Notes under the pieces: generated by a model | Told to the model about the DNA's origin: nothing | Database searches by the model: none | The model's input: only the letters and a program-made list of their open reading frames with translations | Shown here: positions 56,412 to 64,000 of the stretch, piece after piece | How positions within the stretch are numbered: position 1 is the first letter of the stretch | Layout of the letters: each line of letters begins with the position of its first letter | Assembly (NCBI GenBank): GCA_964291295.2 | Contig: OZ219754.1 | Span: 1,056,001 to 1,120,000, forward strand | Direction: 5' to 3' | DNA: 64,000 nucleotides | Origin: an uncultured Candidatus Binatia bacterium | Lineage (GTDB): Bacteria > Desulfobacterota > Binatia > UBA9968 > JAJDTQ01 | Made by a program: the position numbers and the translations under genes

Positions 56412-56603
56412 GTGCTCGCGGGATGGGCGACGGCGGGGCGGCAGCGGATGGAGAGAAGTGTCCCGGTTTTCGTTCAGAATGCCGGAAACCCGCACCTTGC
56501 CCCATTATCGGACATGAATAATCGGGCATGAATTGTCGGACACGAATCGGGCGCCAAAGGGCACGTTGGTGGACCGCTGTCCCGCGAAAATCGTCCGCGG
56601 CGC
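56412..56603 (-). mobile_element. MITE-like element copy C, containing a 14-bp tandem repeat x3 (56507-56548)
   Basis: Minus strand GCGCCGCGGACGATTTTCGCGGGACA...CCGATAATGGGGCAAGG...TTCCGGCATTC...TCCCGCGAGCAC. Confidence 0.6.
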
Positions 56604-56609
56604 GAATTC

Positions 56610-57713
56610 CTATGGTTCATCCTGCAGTTCAAGCCATCGCCGGATCAGCGGAAAGACCTCCTTGCGGGCGTTCCTGCCGAGGATCAGGTCGAAATGCCCG
56701 TAGTTCGTCTCCTCGTCCGGGTCCGACCAGAAGATCATGAGATCGCGGTCCCTTGAGGCAACTTCCCGGTAGACCGTTCTCAGGGCGTCCGGCGGCGCGA
56801 TGGGGTCGGCCGCGCCTCCCACCAGGAGCAGCGGGATGCGGACGCCGGCCAGGGCGTCCCGGTAGCTGGCGGCGCCGTCCGCGGACACGAACTCGTCCTT
56901 GTCCACGGTCGTGATCAACTGTTTCAGGACACCGGGGTTGACCGGGACCAGGAGCGTTTCCAGCAGTTGCCGGGCGACCTGCGGGTCCATGTTCCCGGGG
57001 TTGTAGAAGACTTCCCTGAATCCGGGAATCATGAACAGCAACCGGTTCAGGGCGGACGCGTTCCAGGAGAGAAGCGCGTTCCGCAGCAGCGGCCGCCGGT
57101 CCAGTTCGAGCAGGATGTCGAGCCGGTCCTGCTCGCGGCTGTCGAAAGTCATGGGCGCGGCGATGCCGACGATTCCCGCCACGCCGTGCTCCGCGGCCGT
57201 GCCGGCGTAGGCCAGGGCGAGCGCCCCGCCCAACTCGTAGCCCACCACGAATACCTCGGTCGCCCCGGCGGTCTTCCCGACGTACTCGATGACCGCGGGC
57301 AGGTCGTCCTTCAGGACGTCGTCGAGGGTCCAGGGCCGGTTGCCCCAACCGAGGGGTTGAAGGCTCCGGCCCGTCCCCCGCAGCGACAGATTCCAGACGT
57401 CGAACCCGGCCTCCGCCAGATACCTGGCCAGGCTGGCGCTGCCGAAATCGAGAAAACGGCTGTCCACGAGCAGACCGTGGATGAGGATGACGGGGCGCGG
57501 ATGGCGCAGGTTCCTGTTGAGACGGAAACGCTTGGCGGAGATCTCGAACCTGGTGCCGGTGACGGCCCAGTGGCGCGTCCATGTCACGTAGGCGTCGTCC
57601 AGGGAGGCCGCCCCGGCCGGCCCCGCCGAAAGGCAGCACAGCGCCGCCGCCACACGGCAGAGGAAAAGCCGCAGCCGGACGGGAAACCGTGTCATTGCCG
57701 CGCGGTGTCGCAT
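56610..57713 (-). CDS. Alpha/beta hydrolase fold protein with signal-peptide-like N-terminus
   Basis: ILIHG, GFDVW..LRGTG, GYELG elbow, ADPI, YGHFDL; start 57713 or 57695. Confidence 0.85.
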   Translation of the reverse strand: MRHRAAMTRFPVRLRLFLCRVAAALCCLSAGPAGAASLDDAYVTWTRHWAVTGTRFEISAKRFRLNRNLRHPRPVILIHGLLVDSRFLDFGSASLARYLAEAGFDVWNLSLRGTGRSLQPLGWGNRPWTLDDVLKDDLPAVIEYVGKTAGATEVFVVGYELGGALALAYAGTAAEHGVAGIVGIAAPMTFDSREQDRLDILLELDRRPLLRNALLSWNASALNRLLFMIPGFREVFYNPGNMDPQVARQLLETLLVPVNPGVLKQLITTVDKDEFVSADGAASYRDALAGVRIPLLLVGGAADPIAPPDALRTVYREVASRDRDLMIFWSDPDEETNYGHFDLILGRNARKEVFPLIRRWLELQDEP

Positions 57714-57858
57714 GATGGAAAGATCGCCCCGCCGGGCGCGTGTGCGTTGTTGTACAGGACGGGAGGATTGTATATAGACCCGATCGAAGCGGTCAAGGAG
57801 CGTGCGCCGGACGGCCGGTTCCCGGAAACGGGCAGGGAGCGACGAGGGGGGGCACGAC

Positions 57859-59070
57859 ATGCGCGCGGGTACCGAGAGGAAGATGAAGCGTTGGCGGGAG
57901 CAGCGCTGGATACTCGACCAGGTCATCAAGGTGAGCGGCCTCGACTTCGACCAGGGACGCTCGCACAAGATGCTGCGGAACTGCGGTCCGGGCATCGCCG
58001 GGGAACTGCGCGGCATCGGGCAGCGGATCCAGAAGTTTGCCGACTTTCCGCGGGAGTTCTCCCGCGCCGCCGAGAAGCGCGAGCGCCAGGGGCGCGCCGC
58101 CGAGGCGCTGGGACACACGGTGGAGGCCCGCGAGCACTACTACGTGGCCGCCACCTGGTACACCGCCGCCCAGTGGGGCATCTACGAGGACGGCAACCCG
58201 CGGCGGATGGCCTGGGCGGAGCGCAAGCGCGACTGCTACGACCGCTACATCCGGTTCGCCGACCATCCCATCGAGCGGGTGGACCTGCCCGTGCCGGGCG
58301 GGCAGATGGCGGCGCTGCTGCACCTGCCGCACAAGCCGGCGCCCGGCGAGCGGTTCCCGTGCATCCTCTATCAGCCGGGCATGGACGGGGTGAAGGAGGA
58401 CAATCCCCTGATGGGAGATCCGTTGCTCCAGCGGGGAATGGCGGTCCTCTCCATCGACGGGCCGGGACAGGGCGAGACCCGCGAGCGCGGCATCACGGTG
58501 ACCGCCTCCAACTGCGAGGACGGGGCCAGGGCGGCCTGCGCCTGGCTCAGGAACCGTTCCGAGATCAACGGCGACCGGATGGCGATCTACGGGTCCAGCA
58601 TGGGTTCCTACTGGGGCACGCGCATGGCGGCCGCCGAGCCCGGTTTCAAGGCCTGTGCGGTGGCCGGCGTCTGCATGGAGCCCGGCCAGTACACCATCTT
58701 CAACACCGCCGCCCCCACCTTCAAGCTCAACTACATGTACATGGCCGGCTACGATGACGAGGCGGCGTTCGACGAGTTCTGCAAGAGCCTGACCCTGGAG
58801 GGGATTGCCGCCAGGATCCGCTGCCCGTACATGGTGGTGGCCGGGGAGGACGACGAACTCTGTCCCATCGAGTACGTCTACCGGGTCATGGACGAGGCCG
58901 TCTGTCCCAAGGTTCTTCACGTCTACGAGGGCGAGCGCCACTCGCTCCGCAATCCGGCCGCCCGTACCCGCATCGTGGACTGGCTCAGGGACTGCCTCGA
59001 CGGCAAGCCGGTGACGTCCGAAAAGGTCCATGTCGAGACGAGCGGCAAGGAGACCCGGACGCCGTTCTGA
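57859..59070 (+). CDS. Alpha/beta hydrolase, 2,6-dihydroxypseudooxynicotine hydrolase/FrsA-like
   Basis: GMDGVKE, DGPGQGE, GSSMG nucleophile, GEDD, GERH. Confidence 0.85.
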   Translation: MRAGTERKMKRWREQRWILDQVIKVSGLDFDQGRSHKMLRNCGPGIAGELRGIGQRIQKFADFPREFSRAAEKRERQGRAAEALGHTVEAREHYYVAATWYTAAQWGIYEDGNPRRMAWAERKRDCYDRYIRFADHPIERVDLPVPGGQMAALLHLPHKPAPGERFPCILYQPGMDGVKEDNPLMGDPLLQRGMAVLSIDGPGQGETRERGITVTASNCEDGARAACAWLRNRSEINGDRMAIYGSSMGSYWGTRMAAAEPGFKACAVAGVCMEPGQYTIFNTAAPTFKLNYMYMAGYDDEAAFDEFCKSLTLEGIAARIRCPYMVVAGEDDELCPIEYVYRVMDEAVCPKVLHVYEGERHSLRNPAARTRIVDWLRDCLDGKPVTSEKVHVETSGKETRTPF

Positions 59071-59269
59071 CGCCGCGGGCTTTCCTTGACAGGCTCGACC
59101 CGACGTGGTTCATTCTGTCCCGGCCGTCGGCTGACGAAGATTCGCCCCGAGACAGCGTTTCGAAGCACTCTGAAGTGTTTCGAAGCATTCCGAAGCAGAT
59201 CCGGCCAGATTTCACCGGCTGCACAGACCACGGGCTGCACAGACCAATTTCACGAGGAGAGTTCGTTCC

Positions 59270-60727
59270 ATGCAGATGTTCATTGCTGGCGAGTATGCGA
59301 AAACCGCAAGCGGCGAGGCCACCACCATCCACGATCCCGCCACCGGCGAGGCGGTGGACACCGTACCCACGGGCAGTGCCGAGGACGTGCAGCGGGCCGT
59401 GGCGGCCGCGGCGGAGGCGGCGGTGGAGTGGGGCAGGTTCTCTCCGCCCAAGCGGGGTGCCTGCCTGTCCGAGGCCGCGCATCTCGTGCTGGAGAACGAG
59501 AAGGAACTGACCCGGCTGCTTACCCGGGAGCAGGGCAAGGCGCTGCGCGAGTCGGTGCTGGAGATCCGCCGGTTCGCCCACACCCTGGAGCACTACGCCG
59601 GTATGGCCAAGACCCTGCGCGGCGGCTATGTGAAGCTTGACGATGGCCGCTACGGACTCATCATGCACAAGCCCATGGGCGTGGTGGGCTCCATCGTGCC
59701 GTGGAACTTCCCGGTGTCGTTGATGGGCAACAAGGTCGGCCCGGCGCTGCTGGCGGGCAATGCCATGGTCATCAAGCCCGCCACCACCACGCCGCTGACC
59801 GCCATCCGGTGCGTCGAGCTGGTGCAGCAGGCGGGTCTTCCCAAGGGCACCATCAACATCGTCACCGGCCCGGGCCGGGAGGTGGGTGAGGAGATCATCC
59901 GCAACCCGGTCATCCGCAAGGTGGGCTTCACCGGCGCCACCGACACCGGCAAGCGGATCATGGAGGTGGCTTCCCGGGAGGTCAAGCGGGTGACCCTGGA
60001 GCTGGGCGGCAGCGACCCCATGATCGTTTGCGACGACGCCAATATCGACCGGGCGGTGAGCGCGGCCTCCGTGGGCCGTTTCTTCAACTGCGGGCAGGCG
60101 TGCCTGGCGGTGAAGCGCCTCTACCTGCACGACGGCATCGCCGACGAATTCATCGAAAAGCTGGTGGAAAAGGTCCGCAGGCTGCGGGTCGGCAACGGCC
60201 TGACCCGCGGCACCATGCTCGGCCCCTTGCACACCAAGGCGCAGCGCGACGAGGTGGAGGAACAGGTGGCGGACGCGGTGAAGCGCGGTGCCAGGGTGCT
60301 GGTGGGCGGCGACCGCCCCGCCGGCGGCGAATACGACAACGGCAACTTCCTGAACCCGTCCATCGTGGTGGATGTCGATCCCGCGTCCCGGCTGCTGACC
60401 GACGAGGTGTTCGGACCGGCCCTGCCGGTGGTGCGGGTCCGGAACCTTGAGGAAGGGCTGGCGCTGGCCAACGATTCCGTTTTCGGCCTGGGCTCCTCGA
60501 TCTGGACCCAGGACATCGACAAGGCCATGTACGCGGCCGAGAATCTCGACGCCGGGTATACCTGGGTCAACTCCGCGCAGATCATCTACGACGAGCTGCC
60601 CTTCGGCGGCGTCAAGCAGAGCGGCGTCGGCAAGGAGCACGGCAACGAGGCGGTGGAACACTACAGCGAGGTCAAGTCCGTGGTCATGGCCACGGAGCAG
60701 CGGTCGGAAATGGTGGGAGGCGAATAG
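59270..60727 (+). CDS. NAD(P)-dependent aldehyde dehydrogenase
   Basis: PWNFP, FTG, LELGG, GQAC, EVFGP, PFGGVKQSG. Confidence 0.96.
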   Translation: MQMFIAGEYAKTASGEATTIHDPATGEAVDTVPTGSAEDVQRAVAAAAEAAVEWGRFSPPKRGACLSEAAHLVLENEKELTRLLTREQGKALRESVLEIRRFAHTLEHYAGMAKTLRGGYVKLDDGRYGLIMHKPMGVVGSIVPWNFPVSLMGNKVGPALLAGNAMVIKPATTTPLTAIRCVELVQQAGLPKGTINIVTGPGREVGEEIIRNPVIRKVGFTGATDTGKRIMEVASREVKRVTLELGGSDPMIVCDDANIDRAVSAASVGRFFNCGQACLAVKRLYLHDGIADEFIEKLVEKVRRLRVGNGLTRGTMLGPLHTKAQRDEVEEQVADAVKRGARVLVGGDRPAGGEYDNGNFLNPSIVVDVDPASRLLTDEVFGPALPVVRVRNLEEGLALANDSVFGLGSSIWTQDIDKAMYAAENLDAGYTWVNSAQIIYDELPFGGVKQSGVGKEHGNEAVEHYSEVKSVVMATEQRSEMVGGE

Positions 60728-60749
60728 GCCGGGGTTGGCCGGAACGAGC

Positions 60750-62303
60750 ATGACGGCGCCGCGACTCGAACTGCCGCACCCCTACAACGCCGCCACCACT
60801 TTCGTCGACGACAACGTCGCCGCCGGCCGCGGCGGGCGCACCGCCATCCTGCACGAGGACGAGCACTACACCTACCGGCAGGTCCAGGAGGCGGTCAACC
60901 GGGCGGGAAACGCGTTCCGGAGCCTTGGCCTGGACACCGAGCAACGCGTGTTGCTGGTGCTGCCCGACTGTCCGCCGTTCGCCTTCAGCTTCTTCGGTGC
61001 CATCAAGATGGGCGCCGTCCCCATCCCGGTGAATCCCTGGATGAAGGCCGGGGACTACGAGTACCTCCTGAACGACAGCCGGGCCCGCATCGTGGTGGTG
61101 CACGAGTCGGCGTTGCCCGAGATCGAGGCCATTCGCAAGCGGCCGCGCTACCTGCGCCACGTGGTGGTGGTGGGAACCGCCAGCGGCGAGACCACGGCGT
61201 GGGACGCCCTGCTGGAAGGCCAGTCCACGGAACTCGAGGCGGAGCCCACCGGGCGCGACGACGTCGTCATGTGGAACTACACCTCGGGCAGCACCGGCGA
61301 CCCCAAGGGCGCGGTCCATCTCCATCACGACATGGTCACCATCACGGACCTTTTCGTGAAGCCCGTGCTGGGCATGACCGAGGACGATATCTGCTTCTCC
61401 GCCTCCAAGCTGTTCTTTTCCTACGGGCTGGGCAATTCCCTTTACTTTCCCTTCCGGTTCGGTGCCGCCGGTGTGTTGTGGCCCGAGAAGCCGGACCCGG
61501 AAAGAATCCTCCGGACCATCGAGCGGTACCGTCCGACTTTCTTCTTTTCGGTGCCGACGCTCTACGCCCGCATGCTGCGGGTGGAGCGGGACTACGATCT
61601 CAGTTCGCTCAGGATCTGCCTGTCCTCCGGCGAGCCGCTGCCGCCCGCGCTGTTCCACCAGTGGCGGGACCGGGTCGGCGTGGAGCTGCTGGACGTGGTA
61701 GGTTCCACCGAGGCGACCCACGACTTCCTGGCCAACCGTCCGGGGCGGGCCAGGGCGGGAAGCAGCGGTGAGGTGACCCCGGCGTTCGTGGCCAAGGTGG
61801 TGGACGACGAGGGGCGCGAGTTGCCCGACGGCGAGGTGGGGAACCTCTACGTCAGCGGCGACGCCACCGCGCCCTGCTACTGGAACAAGCATGAACAGAG
61901 CCAGCGCACCATGCTCGGGGAGTGGCTCAGGACCGGCGATACCTACTACCAGGACGGCGACGGCTATTTCTGGTACTGTGGCCGTTCCGACGACATGCTC
62001 AAGGTGGGCGGCCTGTGGGTCTCCCCCATCGAGGTGGAGAACGCGCTGATGGAGCATCCCGCGGTGTTGGAGGCGGCGGTGACGGGGGCGGCCGACGGCG
62101 ACGGTCTTGTGAAGCCCAAGGCCTACGTCATCCTCAAGAACGGACACCAGGGCGTCGACGAGCTGGCCGACGAATTGCAGGACTTCGTCAAGGGCAGCCT
62201 GGAGCCCTACAAGTACCCGCGCTGGGTCGAGTTCGTGGACGATCTGCCCAAGACCGTCACCGGCAAGATACAGCGGTTCAGGCTCAGGGAACGGAACGGA
62301 TGA
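60750..62303 (+). CDS. Benzoate-CoA ligase family protein
   Basis: YTSGSTGDPKG, SKLFFSYGLGN, GSTE, GRSDDMLKVGG, LPKTVTGKIQR. Confidence 0.92.
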   Translation: MTAPRLELPHPYNAATTFVDDNVAAGRGGRTAILHEDEHYTYRQVQEAVNRAGNAFRSLGLDTEQRVLLVLPDCPPFAFSFFGAIKMGAVPIPVNPWMKAGDYEYLLNDSRARIVVVHESALPEIEAIRKRPRYLRHVVVVGTASGETTAWDALLEGQSTELEAEPTGRDDVVMWNYTSGSTGDPKGAVHLHHDMVTITDLFVKPVLGMTEDDICFSASKLFFSYGLGNSLYFPFRFGAAGVLWPEKPDPERILRTIERYRPTFFFSVPTLYARMLRVERDYDLSSLRICLSSGEPLPPALFHQWRDRVGVELLDVVGSTEATHDFLANRPGRARAGSSGEVTPAFVAKVVDDEGRELPDGEVGNLYVSGDATAPCYWNKHEQSQRTMLGEWLRTGDTYYQDGDGYFWYCGRSDDMLKVGGLWVSPIEVENALMEHPAVLEAAVTGAADGDGLVKPKAYVILKNGHQGVDELADELQDFVKGSLEPYKYPRWVEFVDDLPKTVTGKIQRFRLRERNG

Positions 62304-63049
62304 CCGCGCCTTCGGCGGAGCCGGTCACCGGACCGAACGGGGGGTTCATGGACGACTTGGCAGCGCTGCGAGACAAGGTGGCCATCTCGTGCAACATCCT
62401 GGCCATCGGTGGCCACTGGGACAACATCCTGGGGCATGTGTCGGCCCGGGCGCCGGGCGAGAACGCCATGCTGATGAAGCCCCACAGCTACGGGTTCGAG
62501 GAGATCCGGCCGTACCACATCATCAAGGTGGATTTCGACGGCAACAAGATCGAGGGCGACTACGAGCGTCACTCCGAAGTGTTCATCCACACGGAGATCT
62601 ACAAGGCGCGCCCGGACGTGAACTGCGTGATCCACAGCCACCCGCCCTTCACCACCGCCTTCGCCTCCTTGAGGCAGCGGCTGCGGCCGGTAAGCCACGA
62701 GGGCTCGATCTTCCACGACGGGCTGCCGCTGTTCGACGACACCACGGTCCTGATCCGCAGTCCGGAGCTGGGCGTGAAGCTCGCCAACAGTCTGGCCCTG
62801 GCCCGCGGCGTGCTGATGAAGAACCACGGCTCCACGGTGGTGGCCGAGTCGGTGGAGACCGCCACCCTGTACGCGATATTCCTGGAGAAGGCATGTCGCA
62901 TCCAACTCCTGGCCAGCGCGTCGGGAGACCCGGCCTGGAGCAGCGACGACGAGGCGCGCGAGAAATACGACCAGATCTACACCCCCCACCGGTTGGGCAG
63001 CATGTGGGACTACTTCGTGCGGCGGGCGCGGCGGCTCGCCATCGACTGA
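62300..63049 (+). CDS. Class II aldolase/adducin family protein
   Basis: GHVSAR, EVFIHTEIYKARPDV, HSHP, MKNHG; start 62300 or 62348. Confidence 0.92.
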   Translation: MTAPSAEPVTGPNGGFMDDLAALRDKVAISCNILAIGGHWDNILGHVSARAPGENAMLMKPHSYGFEEIRPYHIIKVDFDGNKIEGDYERHSEVFIHTEIYKARPDVNCVIHSHPPFTTAFASLRQRLRPVSHEGSIFHDGLPLFDDTTVLIRSPELGVKLANSLALARGVLMKNHGSTVVAESVETATLYAIFLEKACRIQLLASASGDPAWSSDDEAREKYDQIYTPHRLGSMWDYFVRRARRLAID

Positions 63050-63116
63050 AGAACGGACCGCTCGCCGCGCCCGAAGTTCCGGCTGTTCGGGGGCGCGGAC
63101 CCTGGAGGACAAGGAA

Positions 63117-64000
63117 ATGGCCGAGAAACTCCATCTGACACTGGCCTGCGGCGACTACGAGAGCATCCGCGCCCTCAAGGAAGGGGTGGTGCGGCCGGAC
63201 GGCATCGAGCTCACCGTGCTCACGGATATGGACTCGTCCACCCGCCACTGGCGCGTGGCGCGATTTCGCGAGTTCGACGTGGCCGAACAGTCGGGTTCGT
63301 CCTATCTGCTGGCCAAGGACCGGGGCGAGGCCGACGACCTGACGGCCATCCCGGTGTTCCTGCACCGCCGGTTCCGGCACGGCTTCATCTTCGTCAACGC
63401 GGACAAGGGCATCCGGGAGCCCGGGGATCTCAAGGGCCGGACCGTGGGGCTCAAGAACTGGCAGGCCACGGCGCTGGTGTGGATCCGCGGCATCCTGCAG
63501 GACGAGTACGGCGTCTCCTTCAGCGACGTGGAATGGCGCGCCGAAAAGGAGGAGGACGTGCCGTTCGATCCGCCCGAAGGCCTGCGGATGGAGCGCCTTC
63601 CCAAGGGAAAGCGGGTGGAGACGATGCTCGCCGAGGGCGAGCTGGACGCGGTCATCCACCCGGACATCCTCGGGCCGGTCCTGGACGGCGACCCCCGGAT
63701 CCGGCGGCTCTTCGACGATCCCAAGCGGGTGGAGCTGGACTATTACCGGCGCACGGGCATCTTCCCGATCATGCACACCACGGTCATCAGGCAGGAGATC
63801 GTGGACCGGCACCCGTGGGTGCCCATGAACATGATGGTGGCCTTCGAGAAGTCCAAGCAGGAGGCCTACCGGAGGATGGACAACCCCCGGGTGGTGCCGC
63901 TGGCGTTCTTTCGCGACTCCTGGGAGGAACAGTTCGAGCTGCTCGGTCCGGACCCCTGGGTCTACGGACTCAACGATACGAACCGCAACAACTTCGGCAC
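63117..64000 (+). CDS. 4,5-dihydroxyphthalate decarboxylase-like protein (3'-truncated by window edge)
   Basis: Translated by hand: MAEKLHLTLACGDYE...PVFLHRRFRHG...TGIFPIMH...DPWVYG; frame open to the end. Confidence 0.85.
   Translation, partial: MAEKLHLTLACGDYESIRALKEGVVRPDGIELTVLTDMDSSTRHWRVARFREFDVAEQSGSSYLLAKDRGEADDLTAIPVFLHRRFRHGFIFVNADKGIREPGDLKGRTVGLKNWQATALVWIRGILQDEYGVSFSDVEWRAEKEEDVPFDPPEGLRMERLPKGKRVETMLAEGELDAVIHPDILGPVLDGDPRIRRLFDDPKRVELDYYRRTGIFPIMHTTVIRQEIVDRHPWVPMNMMVAFEKSKQEAYRRMDNPRVVPLAFFRDSWEEQFELLGPDPWVYGLNDTNRNNFG

Overview
GC-rich chromosomal window, mostly housekeeping. Gene order and sequences suggest a deltaproteobacterium-like organism (inference). It holds the 3' part of the atp operon, aroC-K-B-Q, gyrB-gyrA, gpsA, rpmH-rnpA-yidD-yidC-jag, a TetR/RND efflux operon, proS-pyrF-ribB, a complex I-like nuo operon lacking nuoB/E/F/G, groES-groEL, tmk-holB-metG-tatD-aroE, a short type IV minor pilin cluster, an unusual cobalt nitrile/thiocyanate-hydratase-like pair and the start of an aromatic catabolism cluster. 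Two restriction-modification cassettes each keep an intact methyltransferase, while the nuclease is broken by a single lesion: a nonsense codon in a NotI-like gene and a 1-nt deletion in a PvuII-like gene. The main unexplained structure is a 150-250 bp MITE-like repeat family with GYGCCGCGGRA ends, found by manual alignment. One copy appears split by the second R-M cassette, and two copies bracket the hydratase genes in inverted orientation. There is also an IS5-ended 99 bp element, a chain of three MNQDS mini-ORFs, many intergenic tandem micro-duplications and signs of leaderless genes. No rRNA, tRNA, CRISPR array, transposase or integrase was recognised. All alignments were done by eye.
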